A stretch of 64,000 nucleotides of DNA from an uncultured Candidatus Saccharibacteria bacterium (GCA_964620175.1 CAZUIL010000003.1:4281-68280), one strand, 5' to 3'. Counted from the stretch's first letter, positions 1 to 8,581 are shown. The notes: generated by a model not told the origin, from the sequence alone. Made by a program: numbers and translations.

Positions 1-348
1 AACTGCTACGAGGCAGTGGTTGGTGCGCTGTACCTGGACCAGGGGTATGACGCCAGCAGACAGTTCATCGAGAAGAGCCTGCTCGTGACGTTTGAGGACA
101 TACTGCAGACCGGATCCTGGCTCGACCCGAAATCCCACCTGCAGGAGCTTGCCCAAAGCCAGGAAGGGTACACCCCTGTCTACAAAGTGCTGGAAGAGGA
201 GGGTCCCGACCACGAGAAGACGTTTACTGTCGGGGTGTTCGTAAACAATGTACTCCGCGGCCAAGGTACCGGACCGAGCAAGCAAGCCGGACAGCAGAAA
301 GCGGCTGAGGCTGCCCTGATGCATTACCAGAAGTCATTAAAGCAGTAG
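1..348 (+). CDS. rnc: Ribonuclease III, C-terminal portion (gene starts upstream of the window)
   Basis: Frame 1 is open from base 1 (NCYEAVVGALYLDQGY...). dsRNA-binding-domain-like C-terminus (HEKTFTVGVFV...GTGPSKQAGQQKAAEAAL). Usual position upstream of rpsP. Confidence 0.8.
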   Translation, partial: NCYEAVVGALYLDQGYDASRQFIEKSLLVTFEDILQTGSWLDPKSHLQELAQSQEGYTPVYKVLEEEGPDHEKTFTVGVFVNNVLRGQGTGPSKQAGQQKAAEAALMHYQKSLKQ

Positions 349-374
349 TAACCATCCGCAAGCAAACTACCTGG

Positions 375-403
375 TTGACAACAGAGGCGGTAATCTGTAA
401 AAT
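375..403 (+). promoter_or_regulatory. sigma70-type promoter upstream of rpsP
   Basis: TTGACA (375-380), 17-nt spacer, TAAAAT (398-403); 57 nt before the rpsP ATG. Confidence 0.55.
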
Positions 404-460
404 AACCGGGAATTGCTTCATAAACCGTAACCTCGAGAGAAAGAGAGCCATTTAAGCAAT

Positions 461-931
461 ATGTTAGCTATTCGTTTGCAACGCACCGGCCGCAAAGGAC
501 ACGCGAACTTTCGCGTCGTGGTGCAGGATTCCCGCCAGACACCGACGAGCGGCAAGTTTGTCGCACTGCTTGGCAGCTATGACCCGCACTCTAAACAGGT
601 GACACTCGCAAAGGACAAAGCTGAATTCTATCTCGGTAACGGAGCACAACCGTCTGCCCGGGTTGCCCGGCTGTTGAAGGCTGAGGGCGTAAAGTTGCCT
701 GACTGGGTAAAAGTCAGCGAAACCCAAAAGCGCGAAGTCCGTAACCCTGAAAAGTTGCGCAAAAACCGCCCGGCGGAGGCTGCCGCTGATGAGGCGCCCA
801 AGCAGGAAGAGCCACCTGTAGCTGCTAAAGAAGAGCCCGAGGCCTCTGAAACAGTACCGGAGCAAACAGAAACCCCTCAGGCAGAGCAAACTGCTGAAGA
901 GGCCGGTACAACTGAAGAAACTAAAGAATAA
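461..931 (+). CDS. rpsP: 30S ribosomal protein S16 with long acidic C-terminal extension
   Basis: N-terminus MLAIRLQRTGRKGHANFRVVV... is typical S16. The last ~70 aa are Glu/Pro/Ala/Thr-rich low complexity. Confidence 0.9.
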   Translation: MLAIRLQRTGRKGHANFRVVVQDSRQTPTSGKFVALLGSYDPHSKQVTLAKDKAEFYLGNGAQPSARVARLLKAEGVKLPDWVKVSETQKREVRNPEKLRKNRPAEAAADEAPKQEEPPVAAKEEPEASETVPEQTETPQAEQTAEEAGTTEETKE

Positions 932-964
932 GCTTTTTGCTCATAGCTATAGCCGTAATGGTTT

Positions 965-973
965 TGCTATAAT
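965..973 (+). promoter_or_regulatory. extended -10 promoter element (TGcTATAAT) upstream of the KH-protein gene
   Basis: TG at 965-966 and TATAAT at 968-973. AGGAG Shine-Dalgarno at 993-997, 9 nt before ATG 1007. Confidence 0.45.
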
Positions 974-1006
974 GTGTCTTATTCGCTAAATTAGGAGTTA
1001 CTTCAA

Positions 1007-1408
1007 ATGAGCAGTATTGACCAGCAGTTTGTTGAATATATCGTGAAGTCGCTCGTTGGTAACCCGGACGCTGTAACGGTAGAGCGCCGGATTGATGAAA
1101 AAGGCGTCCTGTTAGAGCTTACTGTTGACCCTGAAGACCTTGGCAGGGTGATTGGTAAGCGTGGCGCCACGGCCCAAAGCCTTCGGACACTGCTGCGTGC
1201 GCTTGGCACCAAGAACGATGCCAGGTATAACCTCAAGATTGTGGACAACGGAACAGGCAGTAACGATGCGCCGCAGGCCGCTTCGTCCAGTTCGGATAAT
1301 GATAGCAGTGACGCTAATGACAATGGCGAAGATGAAGTCGCTGAGCATAGCAGCCGCGTGAGCAAGACCCGAAAAGAGCTGGAAGAGCTTGACGATCTCG
1401 ACGTTTAG
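1007..1408 (+). CDS. KH-domain RNA-binding protein (YlqC/UPF0109-like) with acidic C-terminal tail
   Basis: KH GXXG loop (VIGKRGATAQSLRTLL). Conserved position between rpsP and trmD. The tail is Asp/Ser/Asn/Glu-rich. Confidence 0.8.
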   Translation: MSSIDQQFVEYIVKSLVGNPDAVTVERRIDEKGVLLELTVDPEDLGRVIGKRGATAQSLRTLLRALGTKNDARYNLKIVDNGTGSNDAPQAASSSSDNDSSDANDNGEDEVAEHSSRVSKTRKELEELDDLDV

Positions 1409-1519
1409 GGTATGAAGCACCAGGCACGGCCCCGCCACAGCGGATCCTCCGGCTTGGGTTTTATAGCCTGGCCAGGAAAGCTTCCACTCTTTATGAAGAG
1501 CGTTATTGGCTTCATCGTA

Positions 1520-1547
1520 TTGTAAATTGAGGAAGGTCTGGTATAGT
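1520..1547 (+). promoter_or_regulatory. candidate sigma70-type promoter inside the KH-trmD spacer
   Basis: TTGTAA (1520-1525), 16-nt spacer, TATAGT (1542-1547). Confidence 0.4.
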
Positions 1548-1553
1548 GGTTGC

Positions 1554-1668
1554 AGTCGAAAGACAAGAACCCTTAACACCAAAACAAAGAAGCTCGTTGC
1601 GAGCCACTCATTGCCAAGGCATTGGATGGGAGCTTTATGTGGTAAAGAAATCCGTTTGATGCGGATTT
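1554..1668 (+). ncRNA. candidate small RNA or trmD leader/attenuator (promoter-to-terminator unit, about 115-125 nt)
   Basis: Bounded by the promoter-like element at 1520-1547 and the intrinsic terminator at 1648-1679. Contains the hairpin GCTCG-TTG-CGAGC. No convincing ORF (the 65-aa track ORF runs through the terminator). Confidence 0.3.
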
Positions 1669-1679
1669 TTTTTATTTTT
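1648..1679 (+). terminator. rho-independent terminator
   Basis: Stem AAATCCG (1648-1654) / CGGATTT (1662-1668), 7-nt loop, followed by TTTTTTTTATTTTT. Confidence 0.75.
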
Positions 1680-1740
1680 GGGCGAGCCTTCCATTACTTA
1701 TAGAATTAGCTATAATATAAAAGTAATATAACGTCAATCA

Positions 1741-2406
1741 ATGAAAACGATCCAGATAATCAGCCTATTTCCGGAAATGTTCGACGGTGTGCTCAATGCC
1801 AGCATGCTGTTGAAGGCGCAGCGGGGAAAACAAGTCGCGTTCCGTCACATCAATCTCAGGGATTTCGGCATCGGTCCGAGAAAGCAGGTGGATGATACCC
1901 CATATGGCGGCGGCGACGGCATGCTGCTGAAGCCGGAGCCGCTGGTAGCGGCGATTGAAGCGGCCAAGAAAAATGCGAAGGGCAGAGGGGCGAAAGTCAT
2001 CTTATTGACACCTCGGGGCAAACGCTACCGACAATCCGATGCCAAACGGCTGGCAGGCGACAAAGCAGACCTTATCCTGGTGTGTGCCCGTTATGAGGGT
2101 TATGATGAGCGCGTCACTGGATACATTGATGAACAGATCTCTATTGGCGATTACGTGCTGACCGGCGGCGAGCTGCCGGCGATGGTGGTGGTTGACAGTG
2201 TCGTGCGGCTGTTGCCGGGGGTGTTAGGCGGTGAGACATCAGCGGCAATTGAAAGCTTTAGCGATGGCACAACGCTCGAGTATCCCCAATATACCCGGCC
2301 AGAAGAGTTCAGGGGCGAAAAGGTGCCGGCAGTGCTGCTGAGCGGCAACCATGCCGAGATTGACGCGTGGCGCAAGAAGCACGCCAGGAGCGTTACCGCC
2401 AAGTAG
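1741..2406 (+). CDS. trmD: tRNA (guanine37-N1)-methyltransferase
   Basis: 221-aa ORF with TrmD-like sequence ([12 protein letters not shown]..., [40 protein letters not shown]) in the rpsP neighbourhood. Confidence 0.9.
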   Translation: MKTIQIISLFPEMFDGVLNASMLLKAQRGKQVAFRHINLRDFGIGPRKQVDDTPYGGGDGMLLKPEPLVAAIEAAKKNAKGRGAKVILLTPRGKRYRQSDAKRLAGDKADLILVCARYEGYDERVTGYIDEQISIGDYVLTGGELPAMVVVDSVVRLLPGVLGGETSAAIESFSDGTTLEYPQYTRPEEFRGEKVPAVLLSGNHAEIDAWRKKHARSVTAK

Positions 2407-2481
2407 CTGTAGCAGCAGTGCTAGAAGCACGGCGATACCGGCCGGACGGGGTACAATAGGAGGGTAAGGAGGATTGGCAGT

Positions 2482-2865
2482 ATGAAACTATTCGCGATTA
2501 AAGACGTGTACGCACACTGTGATTTGCCGTGCGGCGTGTATGACCCGGCACAGGCCCGCATCGAGGCTGAGTCGGTGCATATGATCCAAAAGAAGTATGC
2601 GGACTTGCACGAGGAAGACAAGTGGCGGGCGGTGTTTATCAAAGAGCAGCGTGCTGAGCTCGTGAAGCACCATTTGTGGGTGCTTTGGACCGATTACTTT
2701 AAGCCAGAGCACCTCAAAAAATTTCCTGAGCTGCATGACTTGTTTTGGCGCGCGACGAAGGCCGCCGGCGACACTAAAAAATCGGTAGATCCTGCATCGG
2801 GACAGAAACTGCTTGATCTCATAGCAGAGATTACGCGTATATTTGATGAAACAAAGAAAGCGTAA
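2482..2865 (+). CDS. sodN: Nickel superoxide dismutase precursor
   Basis: 11-aa propeptide MKLFAIKDVYA followed by the Ni-hook HCDLPCGVYDP. AAGGAGG Shine-Dalgarno upstream. The rest aligns from memory with Streptomyces SodN (KEQRAEL..KHH..VLW.DYFKP). Confidence 0.9.
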   Translation: MKLFAIKDVYAHCDLPCGVYDPAQARIEAESVHMIQKKYADLHEEDKWRAVFIKEQRAELVKHHLWVLWTDYFKPEHLKKFPELHDLFWRATKAAGDTKKSVDPASGQKLLDLIAEITRIFDETKKA

Positions 2866-3160
2866 GTTGTTCCAGCGGCCGGTTATTGTCCGGCGGGTTG
2901 CTGGTGCGAGCATGCAGCCCGCACTGCGGCCAGGGAAGATTGTAGTTGGCTGGCAGTGGTTTAAGGTGGTGAGGCCGAGGGACATCGTTATTATCCGTCA
3001 TAACGGCATGGAGAAAATCAAACGGATTGAAAAAATGGCCGGCAATAAAATCTTTGTAGTGGGAGATAGTCCGGAACACAGCACAGACAGCCGGCATTTT
3101 GGCTGGGTAGAAACCGCTTCGGTATCTGCCAGGGTGGTATCATTTAAGCAAAAGCGCTAA
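2843..3160 (+). CDS. sodX: S26-family signal-peptidase-like protease, Ni-SOD maturation protease
   Basis: 105 aa with the Ser motif GASMQPAL and KIKR. Overlaps the sodN 3' end by 23 nt, the canonical sodN-sodX arrangement. Confidence 0.75.
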   Translation: MMKQRKRKLFQRPVIVRRVAGASMQPALRPGKIVVGWQWFKVVRPRDIVIIRHNGMEKIKRIEKMAGNKIFVVGDSPEHSTDSRHFGWVETASVSARVVSFKQKR

Positions 3161-3672
3161 TGGTATACTTACGTAGTATAGCCATGGATAAGAAACTGCT
3201 AGCAATTGCGACGGCAATATTGCTGCTCATAGGTGCCGGATTGGCCTATTTGGCTATGACTGATGAAGTAGCTCTAAAAACCGACAAGGAAACAGTGGAC
3301 AGTACTACGGCTTCCCCCTCCGTCACATCCGAGGAGGTTGCCAACAAAAATAATCCGTCTGCAACCGCCGGCACGTACACCGAATATTCTGCTAGTAAAC
3401 TTGCTGCTACTCCCGGTACAAAGATACTGTTTTTTCATGCTTCATGGTGCCCTCAGTGCCGGCAGCTGGAAGAAAGCATCGTAACGGGAACAGTGCCCCC
3501 GGGGGTGACAATCTTTAAGGTAGATTATGATACGAACCAGCAATTGCGGCAAAAATATGGCGTGACCATCCAGACGACTCTTGTCAAAGTCGATGATCAA
3601 GGGAACTTTGTTGAAAAATATGTTGCATACGATGAGCCCAGCCTGGATTCTCTAATTGAAAATATTTTATAA
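3160..3672 (+). CDS. membrane-anchored thioredoxin-like protein
   Basis: N-terminal TM helix, then a thioredoxin fold with WCPQC. TAATG overlap with sodX. Alternative start at ATG 3184. Confidence 0.8.
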   Translation: MVYLRSIAMDKKLLAIATAILLLIGAGLAYLAMTDEVALKTDKETVDSTTASPSVTSEEVANKNNPSATAGTYTEYSASKLAATPGTKILFFHASWCPQCRQLEESIVTGTVPPGVTIFKVDYDTNQQLRQKYGVTIQTTLVKVDDQGNFVEKYVAYDEPSLDSLIENIL

Positions 3673-4413
3673 ATGGGCCTTTTCATCCTATCCTTTATCG
3701 CCGGTGTGTTGACGATAGCAGCGCCGTGCATTTTGCCACTCTTGCCAGTGGTAGTTGGGGGCTCGGTAGTGAACTCCTTAGGCAAACCAGCTAGTAAACA
3801 GTGGTACCGGCCAATTATTATAGCTATAAGCTTAGCAGCTTCTGTCGTCAGCTTTACGCTGTTGCTAAAGTCTACTACGGCACTCCTTGGCGTACCCCAG
3901 GCCGTATGGAACATTGTAGCCGGCGGCATCATATTGCTGTTCGGCGCCAGCTTACTCTGGCCTGCAGGCTGGGAGAGGCTGATGGTTGCGAGTAGGCTAC
4001 ATACCAGGTCGAACCAATTGCTCAAGGCCTCGTATGCCAAGCAAGGCCTCAAGCGGGATGTGTTGGTAGGGGCTGCGCTCGGACCGGTTTTTGCCAGCTG
4101 CAGCCCGACATACGCATTTATTGTTGCCGTAGTGTTGCCGGAGACCTTTACTAAAGGCGTAATTTACCTAATGTCATACGCAGCAGGGTTGGCAGCGACG
4201 CTACTGATAGTTTCGATCATTGGCCAATCGGCTGCCCGAAAACTGGGGTGGCTCAGCAATCCCAATGGTTGGATCCGGCGTATCGTTGGGCTAATGTTTT
4301 TGGCAGTTGGAATAACGGTCCTGTTTGGGTGGGACAGGTCGCTACAATCTTACATACTCGATCAAGGATGGTACGATCCAATTGCCGATCTTGAGCACAG
4401 GCTACGTGACTAA
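3673..4413 (+). CDS. ccdA: CcdA/DsbD-family thiol-disulfide electron transporter
   Basis: Polytopic membrane protein with the AAPCILPLLP motif. Starts immediately after the thioredoxin-like gene stop. Confidence 0.8.
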   Translation: MGLFILSFIAGVLTIAAPCILPLLPVVVGGSVVNSLGKPASKQWYRPIIIAISLAASVVSFTLLLKSTTALLGVPQAVWNIVAGGIILLFGASLLWPAGWERLMVASRLHTRSNQLLKASYAKQGLKRDVLVGAALGPVFASCSPTYAFIVAVVLPETFTKGVIYLMSYAAGLAATLLIVSIIGQSAARKLGWLSNPNGWIRRIVGLMFLAVGITVLFGWDRSLQSYILDQGWYDPIADLEHRLRD

Positions 4414-4420
4414 CCAATTA

Positions 4421-4564
4421 CTAGACGCGTCGGGCGGTGACGGTGTTATAGATAAATACGATCAAGGCAGCCACCAGAAGCAGGTGTATAAGCGAGCCGC
4501 CAATGTCGGCCAGCAAGCCAAGCAGCCATAAGGCTCCCAAAATTAAAGCTACGGTAAGTAACAT
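4421..4564 (-). CDS. small membrane protein, lmo0937/DUF5670-like (47 aa; below ORF-track cutoff)
   Basis: Hand translation: MLLTVALILGALWLLGLLADIGGSLIHLLLVAALIVFIYNTVTARRV. AAAGGAGGA Shine-Dalgarno 4-12 nt upstream. The pattern matches the family as I remember it. Confidence 0.6.
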   Translation of the reverse strand: MLLTVALILGALWLLGLLADIGGSLIHLLLVAALIVFIYNTVTARRV

Positions 4565-4644
4565 GTATCCTCCTTTTATTGCTTAGGAGGAACTATAGCG
4601 GAACGGGACGCCATCGTCTGTTAGATAAATTGCCGTCGGCTATT

Positions 4645-4917
4645 TTAGTCGTTTGCATTACTGGCTAAAAAACGGTTGAGAGTTAGAAGGAATATTGCCC
4701 CGACAATCGCCACAAGCAAGCTCGGCGTGTTCAGGAGGCTGTCAAGCTGGAAGCTGCCCTCAAACGCCAGCATGAAGGTGCCACCAATCAAAGCGCCGAG
4801 TATGCCGACAAGCATGTGCCGCTGTACCGCAACGCTGTTGGCTGGAACCTCACGGATTGAAGCGGCGAGCCATCCGGCAATCGCCCCGAATACTATCCAC
4901 AAAGCTATGTTGATCAT
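4645..4917 (-). CDS. GlsB/YeaQ/YmgE-family (transglycosylase-associated) small membrane protein
   Basis: 90 aa, three Gly-rich TM segments (WIVFGAIAGWLA..., LVGILGALIGGTF). Confidence 0.65.
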   Translation of the reverse strand: MINIALWIVFGAIAGWLAASIREVPANSVAVQRHMLVGILGALIGGTFMLAFEGSFQLDSLLNTPSLLVAIVGAIFLLTLNRFLASNAND

Positions 4918-4928
4918 TGTACCTCCGC

Positions 4929-5288
4929 TTAATTCCTTATACTTTTCACCTTTTGCGAACTGGCAATTTTTACTATTTGCTGCGCAAGCAAGTTAAGCAA
5001 TATTACCGTTACGACAGCGATGCTGGTATGCACTTCGATAATGCCAGGGTCGTACGGAACCAGGGGCTTAAACGGGGCGAGCAGCGGTTTCGTAATAAAA
5101 TGGATGAACCCGACAAACGGCTGCTCGGGACTCGCTCCGATAAACGTCAATAATGCCCTAAAACTTAGCAATGTTGCGAGGAGCCAGGCGGTTATGCTGC
5201 TAGCTATCCTAACACGGTTGTAAGGAGTTTCTAGGTGAGCGATGCGTAACTTGCTGCCGTCACTGGAAAATTCATAAAGGCGTGGCAT
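4929..5288 (-). CDS. YggT-family membrane protein
   Basis: 119 aa with the motif FITKPLLAPFKPLVP...GIIEVHTSIAVV. AAGGAGGAAG Shine-Dalgarno upstream. Confidence 0.55.
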   Translation of the reverse strand: MPRLYEFSSDGSKLRIAHLETPYNRVRIASSITAWLLATLLSFRALLTFIGASPEQPFVGFIHFITKPLLAPFKPLVPYDPGIIEVHTSIAVVTVILLNLLAQQIVKIASSQKVKSIRN

Positions 5289-5344
5289 GCTTCCTCCTTA
5301 GCCATGCTATTTAAGTGTTGTGCAAGAGATGTAAGAAACCTGCA

Positions 5345-5458
5345 TCATGAGTAACTGGCGGCCGGGTTAAATACATCACGGATCAGATCTTGCCTGGCTG
5401 AATCCCTGAAGATTGTCACTTCCAACTCTCTTTTGCCGCTAAACTTGTCAGCAGTCAT
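5345..5458 (-). CDS. possible 37-aa small protein (hand-found)
   Basis: GGAGGAGGG Shine-Dalgarno 3 nt upstream of ATG. MTADKFSGKRELEVTIFRDSARQDLIRDVFNPAASYS. Same strand as and upstream of yggT-like. Confidence 0.3.
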   Translation of the reverse strand: MTADKFSGKRELEVTIFRDSARQDLIRDVFNPAASYS

Positions 5459-5639
5459 AAACCCTCCTCCGTGCTTGGCGGGCTACACATGTCCACCCAA
5501 CTTACGTTGTGCTTCACGCCAGATGCACGTCTTAATATTAAATTGCTAGACTAGCGTCGTCTGTAAGAACTCCCGTATTAAAATAGTTAAATATGTTACA
5601 GTCCAAGGCATGGCTGGCGAATACACTGATGGATAACAG

Positions 5640-7370
5640 ATGAATACGGCAATTTCATTCATAAAACGCGCGAGGGCGAGCGGCTTGACTCTGACCTTCA
5701 TCGTGCTCGTGGTATGTTTGCTGACTGTTTTTCTGGCATGGCAGTCAGCACAAACAAGCTTGGAAGCGGCAATCGACGGCAGGTTGGCAACGCGGGTGCG
5801 GACCGTAGAGGCAGCTGTCCAAAAGCGGTTGGCGGTGTATGAGGCAATTCTGCTCAGTGGCAAATCGCTATACCAAGCGAACGAAAACTCTCTGTCACGG
5901 CAGCAATGGAAAAATTTCGTTGACACGCTCGACATCCGCGGCCAGCATCCCGGATTACAGGGGGTGGGGTACGCACTGGTCATAGCGCCCGGCGAATTGG
6001 CAGTCCATGAACAGCGGGTAAGAAACGAAGGCTTCCCTGGTTATTCGGTGCATCCGGCTGGCCCGAGGGACAGCTATACCTCTATCGTTTATCTTGAGCC
6101 CTTCGATAAGCGTAACCAACGGGCGTTCGGGTATGATATGTTTACCGAACCGATTCGCCGGGCAGCGATGGAAGCGGCCCGCGACTCGGGTGAAATAGCC
6201 ATTTCGCACACAGTAGAGCTAGTGCAGGAAACTGATACGGACATACAAGCGGGCTTTCTTATCTATGTTCCGGTATACGCCGTGCCGAACCCGGCATCGC
6301 CTGAAGAACGCCGCGCGTTGCTGGAGGGCTATATTTATGCACCTATCCGTGTCAGCGATCTTTTTGAAGGCCTTATCGGCAATGAGGTGCCAGATGGAAC
6401 ACATGTGGCTGTCTATGACGGGGCATCAACCAATGCGAAGTTGATATACGAATCAGACGGCCGCCAAAATCACGCAAGAAGCGTAACCCAGGAAATCCGC
6501 TTAGAGAATGTCGAGTGGACAATTGTAGTAAGTGCTAACGCCACCAGTTTGCAACTGCCGGACACGACGCAGCCTCAAAGGGTTATTTTCGGTGGATTGA
6601 TCGCGACTTTCCTGCTAGTCAGTTTTATCCAGTACGTCATACGTACCCGCGCGAAAGAATTAGAATTCAGCCGTCAAACAGAAATACAGCAAGCAAAGGA
6701 TGATTTACTCTCGCTGGCATCGCACCAGTTACGCACGCCTGCCACTGGCGTGAAACAATACATCAGCATGGTGCTGCAGGGCTACGCAGGGCGAATTACC
6801 AAACAGCAGCGGGCAATGCTGCAAAAGGCGTTTGTCAGCAACGAACGGCAAATTGAAATCATCAACCAAATCCTCCATGTCGCACGGTTGGAGACGGGCC
6901 GGATAAAACTCAGCAAGTCCAAGGAAAATATCGTCGCAATGGTCCAGGAACTCATCGATGAACAGGCCAGCGAGTTTGCAGCCAGGGAGCAGCAGGTAAC
7001 GTACAAGCCCCAGAAGAAGCGGCTGTACGCGCGGGTTGATAGCCAGTATATGCGGATGGCCATTGAAAACCTTTTAACCAATGCCAGTAAGTACACGCAT
7101 CCAGGCGGTAAAATTACAATTACCGTAAAGGAGGTTGACAATAAGATGGAAGTGAAAGTCAGCGATACCGGCGTGGGCATATCCGGCCAGGATCTGCCAA
7201 AGCTGTATGAAAAGTTTTCACGGATCGACAACGAGCTTTCAATGCAGGTAGGCGGCAGTGGGATCGGGCTGTACTTAGCGAAGCAGGTGGTAGATATGCA
7301 CCGGGGGTCTATTGCTGTTGATTCGACCCCGAGCCGGGGCAGTACTTTCACCATAAAATTCCCAAAGTGA
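5640..7370 (+). CDS. sensor histidine kinase with extracytoplasmic CHASE domain
   Basis: TM - CHASE-like region (YLEPFDKRNQRAFGYDMFTEPIRRAAMEAARDSG) - TM - HisKA (SHQLRTPATG) - HATPase (DTGVGI..., GGSGIGLYLAK). Confidence 0.85.
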   Translation: MNTAISFIKRARASGLTLTFIVLVVCLLTVFLAWQSAQTSLEAAIDGRLATRVRTVEAAVQKRLAVYEAILLSGKSLYQANENSLSRQQWKNFVDTLDIRGQHPGLQGVGYALVIAPGELAVHEQRVRNEGFPGYSVHPAGPRDSYTSIVYLEPFDKRNQRAFGYDMFTEPIRRAAMEAARDSGEIAISHTVELVQETDTDIQAGFLIYVPVYAVPNPASPEERRALLEGYIYAPIRVSDLFEGLIGNEVPDGTHVAVYDGASTNAKLIYESDGRQNHARSVTQEIRLENVEWTIVVSANATSLQLPDTTQPQRVIFGGLIATFLLVSFIQYVIRTRAKELEFSRQTEIQQAKDDLLSLASHQLRTPATGVKQYISMVLQGYAGRITKQQRAMLQKAFVSNERQIEIINQILHVARLETGRIKLSKSKENIVAMVQELIDEQASEFAAREQQVTYKPQKKRLYARVDSQYMRMAIENLLTNASKYTHPGGKITITVKEVDNKMEVKVSDTGVGISGQDLPKLYEKFSRIDNELSMQVGGSGIGLYLAKQVVDMHRGSIAVDSTPSRGSTFTIKFPK

Positions 7371-7439
7371 ATGTGGAAAATCTCACAGTTAAGTGGCTCA
7401 AGCTTGTTAGAATGGAACAAGTAAATAATAGAGACGATT

Positions 7440-7847
7440 ATGGCAAGGGCAGGCAAACCGTTGATTCTAGTTGTAGAGGACGAAACGACGCTGAACGAAG
7501 CGTACCAGACCATCCTTACAAAAGAAGGTTACCAAGTCGCGACTGCTTACAACGGCGAAGAAGCGATCGAAAAGATACGTAAGGACACGCCGGACCTAAT
7601 TTTGCTGGATTTGCGCATGCCGAAGATGGATGGGATCGAGTTCTTGCGGTCGATCGACGCGGAGAAAAACTTGCCAAAAACCAAAATAATAATCTTCAGT
7701 AACTATGACGCACAAAAGGAAATTGATGAAGCTTACCGGCTGGGAGCCCAACGCTACATTCTTAAAGCCTGGGCGACGCCAAAAGAACTGGTGCACTTGG
7801 TAAAAGAGACACTAAGCAAGGCGAAACCGCGAGCCAAGTCTAAATAG
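7440..7847 (+). CDS. single-domain response regulator (receiver only)
   Basis: 135 aa, CheY-like (ILVVEDE..., DLILLDLRMPKMDG, ...SNYD...). Confidence 0.85.
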   Translation: MARAGKPLILVVEDETTLNEAYQTILTKEGYQVATAYNGEEAIEKIRKDTPDLILLDLRMPKMDGIEFLRSIDAEKNLPKTKIIIFSNYDAQKEIDEAYRLGAQRYILKAWATPKELVHLVKETLSKAKPRAKSK

Positions 7848-8511
7848 CTACTTCCTTAAATTCATCACCGCCAGTAACGCGCAGCAGCGCCGGAAGGTTA
7901 ACGGTGTATTGGAAGGCAGAATAGCTGATTATTTTCCTGTCACGCAGCTTCCCAAGTTCGATGGCGGCCGTTTCCCGTGAGACCCCGACTGTCGCTGCGA
8001 TATCCTGGTGCGTGAGCCGTAAGCTGATGGTATAAATGCCCTCCCGTTTTTCCTTGCCGAACCGCAACACCAGGAAGTGCAGGATCCGGACGATTTTTTC
8101 TTGTGCTTTGGCATGTTCAAGCGCATGGATGTGCAGCGTAGAGCCGACATAGAGCTTCATATAGTGGCCAAACAATGCTTCCTTGAGGTCGGGATTACGC
8201 TGTATTTGGTCATTAAACCAGTGCTTTGACATTGCCACGAGCTCACAATCGGTAAATGCGTCATAGTAGTAAAGGCATACCTTTGATACGCCAAACAGCC
8301 ATCCGGCAGGCAGTAAATCTCCAGGTGCGTGAAATGAAACGATGCGCTCCTCTCCCTCGTTGCTGATCCCGTAGCTCCTGGCTACGCCTTTCTTAATCAA
8401 ATACGCGGTGTTCGGTACCTCACCTTGGAAGAATATAGTATTACCCTTCCTGTATTTGTGGACGGGTTGCTGTGTAATCAGCCTGTCAAAAACCCTGCTG
8501 TACTGCTCCAT
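7840..8511 (-). CDS. Crp/Fnr-family transcriptional regulator
   Basis: cNMP-binding-like N-terminal domain and a C-terminal HTH (LTHQDIAATVGVSRETAAIELGKLRDRKII). Confidence 0.8.
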   Translation of the reverse strand: MEQYSRVFDRLITQQPVHKYRKGNTIFFQGEVPNTAYLIKKGVARSYGISNEGEERIVSFHAPGDLLPAGWLFGVSKVCLYYYDAFTDCELVAMSKHWFNDQIQRNPDLKEALFGHYMKLYVGSTLHIHALEHAKAQEKIVRILHFLVLRFGKEKREGIYTISLRLTHQDIAATVGVSRETAAIELGKLRDRKIISYSAFQYTVNLPALLRVTGGDEFKEVAI

Positions 8512-8581
8512 ATGCCATACAGTATAACCAAGGGGAAACTATTACGCTACGGAAGTCATCGGTAAAACAATTTGCGTAAAA

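Noticed and set aside
1506-1703. 65-aa ORF in the KH-trmD spacer.
   Set aside because: It reads straight through an intrinsic terminator hairpin and T-tract, has no Shine-Dalgarno, and its translation is Cys/Arg/Lys-rich. The region is better explained as non-coding RNA or leader.
6782-7513. 243-aa ORF antisense to the histidine kinase 3' half and the intergenic region.
   Set aside because: It overlaps well-supported HisKA/HATPase coding sequence on the plus strand. It has a low-complexity Ser/Cys/Ile-rich translation and no translation signals.
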